DNA of 63,557 bases, counting the filler, from Chiloscyllium plagiosum (taxonomy: Eukaryota): NCBI RefSeq assembly GCF_004010195.1. It is 6 parts of one record of this genome, joined end to end, with 100 filler letters (N's around TTAATTAATTAA, not from the genome) between each part and the next. Parts side by side here need not be neighbours in the genome. Positions count along the whole stretch, not along the records: positions 13,008 to 29,114 come from NC_057712.1; positions 29,215 to 38,620 come from NC_057712.1; 4 more parts are not named here. One strand, given 5' to 3'. This document shows positions 25,500 through 37,898 of the stretch, one piece after another. The translations under genes and the position numbers were made by a program. The notes below the pieces were generated by a model. The model did not search any database. It was given only the letters and a program-made list of their open reading frames with translations, and was not told the DNA's origin. The stretch's first letter is position 1. The number at the start of each line of letters is the position of its first letter.

Positions 25500-26356
25500 A
25501 TGACTAAAGGGAAGGGAGCCCGCAGCTCTCAGCAAGCAGGAACCCCTCCCCCACCCTCTCCAGCTGCAGCAGAGGCGTGCACAGCCGCCCCAGGGACTTA
25601 CCTACGGTGGCGAGCATTGTGGAAATCATCTCTAAACTCCATGCGAAGATCAACGCTTTCATTGAAGAATCCCGAAGTCGATGGGACTCGCTCTCGGCCG
25701 CGCTGCAAAAGCACGACCAAGACATTAAGGAAATCGAGCGCTGAGTCGGAGGGGCAGAGCTAAAGGCCGTGACCTCTGAAACTACAGCGCAATCGGCCGT
25801 GGATCGGGTCCGGATTCTCAAACAGCGAGTTCGAACCTTAGAGAACCATATTGATGACCTCGATAATCGAGGTCGTCGAAAAAATATTCGCTTGCTGGGC
25901 CTTCCCGAACGGGAAGAGGAAGGCCAGCTTACAGTGTTTCTCGAGCAGTGGCTGCCACAGCTTTTAAATCCGGTAGCTGGATCAGGCCAGGTAAGGGTGG
26001 AATGGGCCTACCGGGTCGCAATACGCGGGCCCGGCTCGAACCAGCGCCCCCGCCTGGTCCTGTTCCGGCTGGAGAGCTATAGGGAGAGGCAGATACTCCT
26101 AGAAGCCTCTAGAAATCTTGGAAAAGATTCCCAAGCCATGATCTATAAAGGATCCAAGATCATGTTATTCCAGGACTTTTCCCTAGCTCTGGTCCGAAAG
26201 AGGAAGGCATTCGATGAGGCGAAGAAGTGTTTAAGGGACTTAAGTGTTCAGTACTCCTTACGCTACCCAGCGACGCTACGCTTTAACCATGAAGGATCCG
26301 TATATAACTTCGGATCGCCAGAAAAGGCTAAGGAATTTTTGGACTCTCTTAGATAA
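25500..26356 (+). pseudogene. L1 ORF1p (coiled coil, RRM, CTD); one frameshift and one in-frame TGA
   Basis: LENHIDDLDNRGRRKNIRLLGLPEREE...IMLFQDFS...YSLRYPATLRF. Confidence 0.92.
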
Positions 26357-26958
26357 ATTGTAAGGGATAATGGATGTTGGTTTGCCTTTCCCCCACTCCG
26401 GTTTACATCCCCCCCACCTTTTTCTGTTTTCTTACCTTACTGTTTAATATTATCTTGGGGGGTGGGGAGAGGGATTTATTTATTTGTTCTCTATTTAACA
26501 ATTTTCTCCCCCCCCGTGCTCACCTACCTCTAATTCTAACACCTGGCCTGGTTCATTACCCAGAACCAAATCCAGAACCATTACCCAGAACCAAATATGT
26601 TTATACATGTTATTAACATTACCAAATATATCCAGGTGTTGGTGTGGGTGGGGGTAGGGTGCTCACTGTTAACTCTAGCTTTGTATTGTTATATCTGAAT
26701 TCTCCTCATCCTATTGAGGAGCGCCTGGGTCAAGGGTGGGGCATTGGTTGGGAGAGGATACGATGGACCTTTGGAAAGGAAGTGACAAGAGGGAAAATCT
26801 CCATTTAAATACGTTTTTTTTTGTTATTTAGAAATAGTTTTTAATTATACTGTTGTGAGTTAGAGAGCCTTTATTTTTGTGAATTTTATATGCTCTATGC
26901 TCGGGATGTTCTGGATAGGGTTTCCCCTCCCGAGGGGTCTCGGATTTGCCCGGATGAT

Positions 26959-29114
26959 TATGGTTGATCAGTCGGTTAAGTGGTGCACCTGGAATGTCAA
27001 GGGGAGTAATTCGCCAGTCAAAAGGAAGAAAATATTATCAAATCTTAAGAAAGAAAGAGTTGATATAGCTCTCCTACAGGAGACACACCTGCTGGATAAA
27101 GAACACTTGAAATTACGACAGGGTGGATTTGATCAGGCCTTTTTTCTTCTTTTAGCTCAAAAGGTAGGGGAGTTGTTATTCTTGTTCGCAAGAATTTCCC
27201 TTTCAAAATCCTAAATCACATAAAAGACGAATCTGGACGATATATTCTGATTAAAGTCCTTATAAATAGAGAGGAATATGGGATTTTAAATTTGTACTGC
27301 CCTCCAGCACACCCCTTTAAATTTATAATGGAAGCCTTCTCAAAATTGATGGCTCTTGGTGCCCGTCATACAATTATAGGGGGAGACTTTAATTGTATTA
27401 TGGATCCGGAAATAGATAGGATTCCCAAGAGTACTACAGGAGTATCTCCCAGATCTAGACAATTGGTGGATCTGAACAAAGAATTAGGATTAGTAGATGT
27501 ATGGAGATGTCTTCATCCACAGGGCAGAGATTTTTCTTTTTACTCCAATCCACATAAATGTCATACCAGAATTGATATGTTTTTTGCCCCCTCAATTTTT
27601 TAAAATTCCATATCATCCTGTAAAATAGGTAGTATAGTAATTTCTTACCACGCTGCTGTATATATGGAAACCAAGGCGAGGAACAATGTGACATCCCCTC
27701 GGCATTGGCGTATGGACCCCTTCCTAATAAAAGATAGTAAATTTGTAAAGTACTTCTCTCAAGAATTTCAAACTTTTTTAGAAATTAATTTAGGTATGGC
27801 TAGCAACCCATCAATGATGTGGGAGACCATTAAAGCTTACGCGCGAGGTTTGATCATCTCCTGCTCAGCGGCCCAGAAAAAATTAAAGGGAAAACAACAG
27901 CGTCTGCTCGTAGCTCACTTAAAAGCAGCTGAAACAGCATACGCTGATAGACCTTCTATTATTAAATTGCAAAGGATTACGGCCCTTAGGATAGGTCTAA
28001 ACACTGCGCTTACTCAAACGGGTAAGAGGGAAATATTATTTGCAAAACAAAGGTTATATGAATTTGGCGACAAACCGGGTAGATACTTAACATTTCTTGC
28101 AAAGCAAAAAAAGGCCCCTCAAACTATCACGTCTATCAAGGAAAGTACGGGTATTTTGACTCATGATCATACAAAGATTAACGCAATCTTTAGAAAATTT
28201 TATTCTGATTTATATAAATCGCAGGATTGTGAAGACAGGACTAGGAGGATGCAATCATTTTTAAAAAAAATTTGACCTTTCCGGGCCTAACTCCGGAACA
28301 GGAATCGGTCTTAAATGCTCCCCTAACAGTCCAAGAAATACTTGACACAATCAGGCAACTTCAGAACGGTAAGGCACCTGGCCCAGATGGTTTTCAAGCT
28401 GAATTCTATAAAGAATTTACAGAAATATTGGCTGGTCCACTTATGGACATGTATAACTATGCATATAGTCAGGGCTGTCTCCCGCCTTCGCTGAAAGAGG
28501 CAAATATCTCTCTTATCCTTAAAAAAGGAAAGGATCCAGAAGATTGTACATCATACAGACCAATATCCTTGCTAAATGTAGATTTTAAAATCCTTTCTAA
28601 AACGTTAGCACTGAGACTAGAAAGGATACTGCCACATATTATAAAGGAGGATCAGACGGGGTTTATTAAGGGCCGTAGATCATCCAATAATGTTAGAAGG
28701 GCTCTGAATATGATTCAAGCTTGTCATCAGGGAAAGATACCAGGAACAGTGGTTTCATTAGACGCGGAAAAGGCATTTGATAGGGTCGAATGGTCATATT
28801 TATTTTACACATTGGAGAGGTTTGGCGTTGGACAGGTGTTTACCAAATGGATCTCAACATTGTATAGTGATCCCAAAGCAGTTATGGTTACCAATGGATT
28901 AGGTTCGGATAGCTTCAGTGTGGGTAGGGGCTGCCGTCAGGGATGTCCCCTCTCGCCATTGTTATTCACACTAATAATTGAACCACTAGCAGAAGCTATA
29001 CGAGCTGATCCTAATATAGTGGCCCCAAGGATTGGTACAGGTAAACATAAAATTACCCTTTATGCAGATGATGTTCTTCTATTCCTCAGTAACCCTTTGA
29101 TGTCCATACCTCAC
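26959..29114 (+). pseudogene. L1 ORF2p (APE endonuclease + RT), few lesions
   Basis: TWNVKG..LLQETH..GGDFN..RIDMFF; APGPDGFQAEFYK; SLDAEKAFDRVEW; GCRQGCPLSPLLF; YADD at 29061. Confidence 0.95.
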
Positions 29115-29214
29115 NNNNNNNNNNNNNNNNNNNNNNNNNNNNNNNNNNNNNNNNNNNNTTAATTAATTAANNNNNNNNNNNNNNNNNNNNNNNNNNNNNN
29201 NNNNNNNNNNNNNN

Positions 29215-30170
29215 TTAAAATCCCCTACCATAACCACCCTATTATTCTTACAGATAGCTGAGATCTCCTTACAAGTTTGTTTCTCAATTTCCCTCTGACT
29301 ATTAGGGGGTCAATAATACAATCCCAATAAGGTGATCATCCCTTTCCTATTTCTCAGTTCCACCCAAATAACTTCCCTGGATGTATTTCCGGGAATATCC
29401 TCCCTCAGCACAGCTGTAATGCTATCCCTTATCAAAAATGTCACTCCCCCTTTCTATCCTTCCTGTTGCATTTGTATACAGGAACCTTAAGCTGCCAGTC
29501 CTGCCCATCCCCGAGCCGTTTTTCTAATTGCTATGATATCCCAGTCCCATGTTCCTAACCATGCCCTAACTTCCCTGTTAGGCAATGTGGTGTAAAATTA
29601 TGTCCCAATACATGTGTGAATCATAATGTAACACATGTATTGGGCCAAGCAGTGGAATGTGGTGAAACGGTTAAAAATTATGTCCCAATACATGTGTGAA
29701 TCTAACCGGAATGGAGGTGTTGCTTAGTCCCGTGTGAATCTTATTACACACCTCCCCGTGTGAATCTTCTTATCTGTATGTAACCAGAATGGAATGTGTT
29801 TTTTAGCCTTGCTCTGCTGTTCACATGAATGTTTATATCTGGAAAAGAGTATATCAGCTGGAAAAGTCTCCAGTTCGGTGAGTCTGCTCCGGGGTTACGT
29901 TTAACCGCCGAGCGTGGGTTGTTGGCAACCGCTCTACGAGAACTGACGGCTCCCAGTTCCGGTAACATGTAGAGTGAGTATAAGCCAGACCCGTTGTAAG
30001 ATGAGACCTGGTTGTGGCGACGCTGCGGGGAATAAAATGCTCATATTCTAGCAGACTCGCCTCTTGGTCGTTTGTTCTGTGTCAGACTACTCTCCTACGA
30101 ACCTGACCTTGAGAATTTTTTAAAACAGGCCCCTTGCATTGAAATAAATGCAGTTTAATTTAATAGTATT
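29215..30170 (-). mobile_element. CR1 endonuclease fragment hosting a solo LTR
   Basis: Nearly identical to 13008-13420 on both sides of 29584-30127. Confidence 0.9.
29586..30127 (+). mobile_element. Solo LTR, ERV-like (542 bp)
   Basis: TG...CA ends; duplicated U3 block aaaattatgtcccaatacatgtgtgaatc; TATA-like gtataag near 29978; aataaa at 30031; cleanly interrupts CR1 with GGC repeated on both sides. Confidence 0.8.
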
Positions 30171-32399
30171 GCTTGACCTTTCGAGAAATATCTGGTCAGT
30201 ATGGACGGGTTGGTCAGTTTCCATGCTGTACATCTCTACGACTCTATGACTCTATGATAAGTATTTAATGTGAAAAAGTTGCCCCTTAGATCTCTTTTAT
30301 ATCTTCCCCTCTCACCCTAAACCTATGCCCTCTAGTTCTGGACTCCCCGCCCCCAGGGAAAAGACTTTGCCTATTTACCCTATCCATGCCCCACATAGTT
30401 TTGTACTTAATGAAGATGTCATTCATTGGGTCAGGATGGTCTTCTGCATTAACACTGAATGGAACTGTAAAACTGACTGCATGGAGGTTGGACTGATAAC
30501 ATTCTGGTGGCGTAAAGAAATTTTAAAAATTTAACTCGAGTTTGTGTTATATTGGCCAGAAAATACATGACATATCGAGCAGGTGTATTGTTAGGCAGGT
30601 TGCAATGTACTTGCTGCACCAAAGCCGAGCTGCAGAGTGTATCAGGCCTTCAACATTTCTCTTCTTGAGGATTAGTCACCACTTGTAAACACTAGCTCAT
30701 AAGATGTAGAACCCGGGAAGATGCCTTCATAGAAGAGACTGCATTCCTGCACATGACTGTAAACCCTCCAATACGTTCAGCCACCACAACTTCTTTAACC
30801 AAAGAAGCTTCTCTTGCACTTACCAGAGTCCTTTATGTTTTTAGGTTCTTGTTGCCTTGAGCTAAGGTCATCAATATGGAAGGATCATCTGATAAGCTGT
30901 AGATTTTGTTTCGTTGGGCTTGACATAATCAAGAACTATATAACAAGAAGATTTTGCATTAATATTGAACTTAAGAAAACTCACTGTTAAAAAATAAGCA
31001 GATTTTAAAGCTAATTTAAGGAAAAGAACATTTACATGTAGTTTGAAGGTGTTGTATATATATTATTTCAAACTCAAAGTGTATAACACAGGAGAAGACC
31101 ATTCAGCCCATTATGTTCATGTTGGTCAGTGAAGAGCAAACAGCCTGATGTCTCCTTCCTGCACTCGGCTCATAGCCCTACAGGTCACAGCTTTTCAAGT
31201 CGACATCCCAGTAATTTTTAAATGTAGTTTCTCCTTCTACTATTTTTTAAGTCTGTGGATTCCTAGTGCCTCTCAAAATAAATGTTTAATATTTAATGCT
31301 AATAGATGAGACTTGTCCAAAACTAATAGAATATATCATTTGCGTGAAAGTATAACATTCACTGGAAATACTGAATCAGAGGATCTAGGAGGTTCACATT
31401 TCACAATACTTCATACACCTTTTTATGTCATTGTGTTTAATTGTAGTTGTTTTAGTTTAAAACTAACCGTTTTTGTCTGGTGCTTCATGGTAAATCATTA
31501 ATGCATTTTTTTAAACAATCTGTAATTTTCCAGCTGTTTTGAAACATTTTGACATTTTCACAATGATTTAAAGATCAGAAGACCTGCAGTCAATGACAGC
31601 CATTGTTTTTCATATCCAGGAATATACCTTGTCACTATGTAGATTATTCCATGAAGAGATATAAAGCCATTAAAGAGGGTACAGGTTTCCACAGTGTGTA
31701 TGTCATTTTTGTCTGTGTGGCGAAAACTTGTAATTTATCTAAGTTAAGTCTTTCATTCTATCAGCTTTGGTGACCATTATTGCCCCTAAACACTAATTGA
31801 TTGTCTTATTTCCCAATAGTACATTTTATGCAGCCATAGTTGATGATGGGGTGAAGAATACAAACAAATCTTTTTCCATTCCAAGAGAGGGAAAAAATGC
31901 CAAATACATTTCAGCCAGGATAAGAGATGATATCTGCAATGTTGGCCAGGGATTGCAAGTCCTAATTGTCCAATTATACAATGCATTGTATAACCTTTGC
32001 AGAGTGATTTCTGTAGTGATGCGTCATCACGTGGAAGTAGCCATATTACTGTTAGATCAGCATTTGGACTGAGTATGCGAGCACCAAATGAAGATAGGTC
32101 TGGAAACTTGAACTTTGTATCAATCGTGGCAAAATAAAGATCAATGCCAATTCACTATAATTTTAAAGTTGAAGCACAAAAAGCTCCCAGAGATTCGTTG
32201 ATCAATAGTGAAATGTTCAGTATCAGAAAACAGCTGACTGCCCCATTACTATCTTTTCAAGTTAGAAAGTTACAGTCAGTCAGAGGTTGCGCATACAGGA
32301 TTGTTTACAGGAATGAAAATTTGTATTCTGTTAACTGGGAGTGGTTTTAGTCCTATGTCTGACACACACTCTGAAAACAAATAGTAGTGTCAAAGATTA

Positions 32400-33380
32400 T
32401 TTGCATAACTTCAGTGCAATTTACAACAATAGTGAAATGCATTTATGTAGCACCTTTAATGTAGAACATATTTCAAAATGTTCAAAATACAGACATATTT
32501 GTACAAAGGTGGATACTGAACCATGGAAAGATATTAGGAGGACCAACCAAATGATTGATGAGAAAGTTGTGTTTTAAAGAGGCCTTCAGAAGGAGGTGTT
32601 TATAGTCTCGAATGGCATTGGGCCTAATTGATAGAAGGTGTGACCATGAATGATGGAGTAGAAGGATTAAGAATGTATCAAAGGCCAGCATTCTTGGAAC
32701 AGTGTATGTCGGAGTGCAGAGAGGTGAGGTTGCGTGTAAGTTAGGAGGAGGTTACAAATAGTGTGCTGGAATGAGGAATATTTTATTTTTTTAAATATGA
32801 TGTGACTTTGAAAATTAAATCTTTGGACTTGGAGCCAATACAAGCCTGCAAGGATATTGGGAGACCATGACTTGGTGTAGTTTTATGTATAAACTGGATG
32901 AACTGAAGTTTACAGAGAGTGTGGGAGAGTCAATGAATAGAAGTTTGGTTAACACGCTCTTGAATCCAAGAGCTTTGTAACCTCCACACCCAACAATCCC
33001 AGTCTTTACAGGGATACCTATAGAAGTGGCCTTGATAGTGGAGAATATATGATACTGGAGGCTCAGCTCAAGGTATATGAGGAATTGATAACTGAAGATA
33101 TAAATAGATACAATGGTCAGGATATGGACTGCATTGTGGGGGACAATAGTCTTGGTCTCCTCAGTACTTAATTTAAGAAAGTTGGGGTTTTTCTGAGACT
33201 AGGTCAGACAAGCAATCTGACTGCATGGATTCAGAGGTGTGATTGAAACAGATGGTGGAGAGATAGATTTGGATGTCATCAGTGTGCATACAGAAACTTA
33301 TTCCACTTCAAACGATTTTTAAAAATATCCAGAATGTGGATAAGAAATAACGATAGATTCTTGGAGGGTGCGACTTTGAA
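32400..33380 (-). mobile_element. Ancient L2-type LINE relic (continues at about 34660-34920)
   Basis: gatttggatgtcatcagtgtgcatac (decayed YADD region on the minus strand) and a catttatgtagcacctttaatg tail. Confidence 0.55.
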
Positions 33381-33499
33381 AATATGTCTTTTTATTTTTC
33401 TGTATTATTGATTGTAGACTGAAATTCAAAATAGCTTTGAAAACCAAGGATTGTGAAAGTAATTGCTCTACTTTTAAAACCAATTGCTGAAACTCACTG

Positions 33500-34499
33500 T
33501 AAGTTGTGTTCATACTACTTCTTTGTTCTAGCAATGGGGGAGGCTGTTTGACTATCGGCCTGCCCCAGGGGTATGGACAAAGTAAGATTCAGCTAGCAAC
33601 AGGTTGCTTATTGGTTTGTGGAATTCTGACCAGTTGTGGATATCAAAGCCCATCTGCCTCACAACAATTATCTGATTGGCTGCTGAGAAGTGGAACAGCT
33701 TGTGGATGTGCATGATACTGGCAGAAGCCTTAGGACTGCTGCAAAGGGCAGATAGTGAGTTTTTCAGTCCAGCAAAATAACTGAAGTCTGAAGATAGCCA
33801 GTTTATTTTCCCTCACCAGTTGCTGTAAACTGTGGCCGTTAACTACAGTAATCCCTTCGTACTCGCGGGATATATGTTCCAAGACCTACCGCAGAAGTCT
33901 GAACCCACGGATTGGAGCAAATCCATTAATTTAAATGGGAAGTTTACCTTTCTGGCAGCCACCTGGTCCCTGGTTCTGGAACATTCCCTGTAATATGTTC
34001 GGGCTGCAGTAAACCATGGATAACTGAAATTGCGGAATCAGGACCTGTGGATAGGGGGGTCACCCTGTAGTAACTAAAAGGCTTTGCAGGCTCACCAACT
34101 GCCTCTGCCTCATACAGAGCAATGTAAATAATTAGGAGAAGAGAGATTGAAGAACATCTCAGCAAACCCTATGGACTGGGGCCATTGAATTGTTCGCCAG
34201 CACTTTTCCACTTACACCTCTATACCTTTTTTGGTCTGACTGTATGTGTGTAGAGGGGATTAATATAGGGATTAGAGTTTTATCTAGTGAGTTATATATT
34301 GACAGATCATAGTTGTTTAGCTGTGTTTATTTCTAGTAAATAGTAGTCCTTCATGAAGTGCAGAAACCTGCTCTGTGTTTTCTGACAATCTGGGTAAATG
34401 AGAGACTTGGAGTTCTTTGATAAAATTTTTAACTTTTGCGATGACTCTGGGAATAGTTAGGCTTGATTTCAAATGTACTGTTCCCCGTGAGGCATGACA
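33500..34499 (+). mobile_element. Probable solo LTR (left end uncertain)
   Basis: Ends ...ggcttgatttc...gtgaggcatgaca. A homologous end lies at 53590-53676. Confidence 0.5.
33846..34067. mobile_element. Tigger/pogo MITE, MER2-like
   Basis: TA-cagtaatcccttcgtactcgcggg...gttccaagacc...gtggataggggggtcaccctg-TA. Confidence 0.75.
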
Positions 34500-35830
34500 A
34501 CCTTTCATGGTGCGAAGTGAGAAAAGTAGTTCTGGCTAAAAGTGGGTTGGTAAAAGTGAGGTTAAATGTGTTAAATGGGCCTGCAAAGAGAATAAGGAGA
34601 GAAAATGCTTCACAGTCGCAAACACATCGGAAAGATACGTATGTCAATTTGCAGGCAGTTTAAGTGCATATTTGGGAAGCAGTAACATGTTCAAGAACTT
34701 TGGAGTGCAAAGGGAGGTGGGATGTGCAGTACTGGTTTGCAAGGACAGAGAGTCAAGGTTGAATTTTTTTTGATGAAGGTGTTGATGACAGTGATTTTAA
34801 AGTGAGGAGAGGCAGTCATTAGAATGTCAGCTAGCACAGGAAATGGTTCAGTGGGAATAGGCTCAAGGGAACGAAGAGGTAGGTCTCATGAACAAGACAA
34901 GCTCAAAGAAGTCCTGAACATAGTGATAAAAAGTCTGTTAACTGTTTACAATTTTTGGAGTTGTGAGGGAAAGGGAATGAGGAGGAATCTAAAGATGTAG
35001 TTAACTTTGTTTCCAGAAGATCCCAGAGGATGAGGTGGTTGTAATCTGAGGATTCAGATGATGAACAAACTCTTTTCTTTCGTCAGTATTATCAGACCCT
35101 TCCTCCTCCAATTAACTTGCACAGCAATTCTGGAGCATTTACCCACTTTCAAAGTTTTGAACTGTATCGTGATAAAATATTTTTATCATTTTGTCCTTAC
35201 CTTACCCTGATTAAGTTGTTAAAATGCAAAATGAAACTGAAGTTTAAATAATAAAGTTATGAATTCTGAGTGAGTGGAAGCCTCAAATGTATATTTTAAA
35301 CATAACCCACTGTTCAATATATTTGATTGTAAAACAAAATAAGAAAATTCATGATATGATCAATAATCTGCCAGAATATAGTCTCTGAAACTATCGTGAC
35401 ATCAAAGTAAATCACTCAGTCAGATGCTGTAAACAATCTCAAGATCTTTTTGCGGCTTTATCAATAGCCTTTTGCACTTTGAACTGACTGTGTGTACTTA
35501 ACCGTGTACCCTGAGGTAATGATTCATTTCTAAGTTGTGTCATGATAGAAAGAGCTTATGTTTTTTGATTTCTGTAAATATGATTGTTCTGGAGAAATGA
35601 GACTTTATTTTTAAGTAAAAGCAGTTATTCAAATGTGATGAAATCAGAGCTGCTGCGAAGGATTTGAAAATAGATTTGCATTATGGCAGCAGACTGGTCA
35701 ATGTTTGTCACCTGTGTCCCGTTGACGTTGACACATCTGGGATGTGCAGAATACTTATGGAATTTGGACGTTTCTGACAATTCTCTACTTCTCCCTGTTA
35801 ACCCTGTCCTTCCTCCCCTCCACCTTACAG

Positions 35831-35859
35831 ATTGCTTTCGATATAAACCTGTTGAAGTG
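35831..35859 (+). other. Candidate 29-nt micro-exon, unassigned
   Basis: About 50-nt polypyrimidine tract ending ccttacag; donor GTG/gtgagc. Open frames give IAFDINLLK or (x)CFRYKPVEV. Confidence 0.4.
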
Positions 35860-36112
35860 GTGAGCATTTGTACTCTAATGCAATTCGCTTTGTTGTAAAA
35901 AACTTCAAAATAGTTGCACCCTAATGAAGTGTAACTATGTTTTAATGACATACCAAATTCTGCTATATACCCTCACTGACCTGAATACCTAATTTTATAT
36001 TTATAGAATGTTAAATTTCAACAAACAAATATTTTACATTTTTAAAAACTACATTTTCTTTTTCTTTTCCTAGTTTGTTTATTCTTAATTTAGCTTCTGT
36101 CTCAATCCAAAC

Positions 36113-36730
36113 ACTTTGGGAAAGCAAATCTTAGCAGGTCTTATACACTTAATGGTAAGGTCCTAGGGAGTGTTGCTGGAGTGTTTCAAGAGACCTTGGA
36201 GTGCAGGTTCATAGCTCCTTGAAAGTGGAGTCGCAGGTAGATAGGATAGTGAAGAAGGCACTTGGTATGCTTTCCTTTATTGCCCAGAGTATTGACTACA
36301 GGAGTTAGAAGGTCATGTTGCGGCTGTACAGGACATTGGTTAGGCCACTGTTGGAATATTGCATGCAATTGTGGTCTCCTTCGTATCGGAAGAATATTGT
36401 GAAACTTGAAAGGGTTCAGAAAAGATTTACAAGGATGTTGCCAGGGTTGGAGGATTTGAGCTATCGGGAGATGTTGAATAGGCTAGGGCTGTTTTCCCTT
36501 GAGTGTCAGAGGATGAGGGGTGACCTTATAGAGGTTTATAAAATCATGAGGGGCATGGATAGGATAAATAGACAAAGTATTTTCCCTGGTGTGGGGGAAT
36601 CCAGAACTAGAGGTCATAGGTTTAGGGATATGGGCTGGGTACTGGCAGGTGGGACCAGGTTAGGTTGGGGTATCTGGTCGGCATGCATGGATGAGCTGGA
36701 CCGAAGGGTCTGTACATCTCTATGACTCTA
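36113..36730 (+). mobile_element. CR1 3' end with an internal deletion
   Basis: MLRLYRTLVRPLLEYCMQLWSP; lacks about 170 bp relative to the copy at 44500-45640. Confidence 0.93.
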
Positions 36731-36951
36731 AACGTAATCATTTATTTCCCAGTCTGGAAATGGAACTAAAAGTGAAGCAGTGCTTGAACAGGTTTGCTGT
36801 CTGTGATCGGCTGCTTACCTGTCTTCTAACATCAATGTTGCTGCATACCTTCGGAAGAGGAAGGGTCAGTGTATCTTGTGCCATTCAGGCAGTTACAGGC
36901 TTGCAATAAGCATATGCTGGTATCCAGGACCCCTGGACCCTGCCCGCAGAA

Positions 36952-37073
36952 TGAGGAAGGGCTTTTGCCCGAAACGTTGATTCTCCTGCTCTTCGGATGC
37001 TGCCTGACCTGAAATGCCTTTCCAGCACCGTGCTGTTGACTCTAATCTCCAGCATCTGCAGTCCTCACTTTCA
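36952..37073 (+). mobile_element. 122-bp Penelope tail insertion with 13-bp TSD
   Basis: cctgcccgcagaa (36939-36951) and cctgcctgcagaa (37074-37086). Confidence 0.85.
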
Positions 37074-37898
37074 CCTGCCTGCAGAAACCTGCCCACAATT
37101 TAGAGGCCAACAGGGAGGCAGTGGCTGCTGCTGGGACTACACCCACGCAAGGTCTCAAATCATGGAGGGACTCAGGCACAGATAGGTGATAGTGAGGAGT
37201 GGCTTGTGGGGGTGCAAGGGAGAGGTAGAGGATTCTCCTTGAAGATGGGTGGGTTTCTGTCAGTGTGCTCCTCTCCCCGACACTGGGTCCCTCAATCTGG
37301 CAATGATTGGTCAATGCGCACAGGTTCTTAAAAAATTTTTAAAAAGCTGGTCACCCACTTCTACCCTTAACAAGAACTCACTTTCGAGCATGTAGGAATC
37401 CTCTTTGGGACAGGTGAGTCTGCTGTTACTGTAAACTACATCGAGCCCCCAGCGCAAAGTGATGCCAGAGCAACAATCCAACATTCCCACTGAAACCCAT
37501 CGCTGGTTTTCTACTATTCTCATTGTGTTTTTCTCAAGGTCACCAGGCAACCAGTATATAAAGATAGAGGTGGCCGGATAATGGAACTTTGAAATAGAGA
37601 CTATGGTTTTCAGCATTGAAACTGACAGCTAAACAAAGTTTGAGACACCCAGGTGCTGTGTAAAAATGCAGCGAGTTTCTCTCCCTTTCCTGCTGCTGCT
37701 ACTTGGTGCGACTTTATTATCAGAATGAGGAGCAAGCTGCCCATTCCAGTGCCCCGAATACTTCATTCCTTTTGGCCACCATCCTCTGGATCATGGTGCC
37801 CGTGAAGGTGCCACTGCGCTGCCCCTTGTTGTACAGATCTGCATGTGGGAATCTGACTGGGAAGGTGCGTGGGGTGGGGTGGGGTGGAAGCATTGGGC

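Larger units (their letters stand above)
25331..29114 (+). mobile_element. L1-clade LINE, 5'-complete, cut by an assembly gap
   Basis: CpG-containing 5' UTR, ORF1, about 600-nt spacer, then ORF2 with APE and RT. Confidence 0.95.

Noticed and set aside
37666..37728. Signal-peptide-like MQRVSLPFLLLLLGATLLSE
   Set aside because: Stops after 20 codons with no splice donor.
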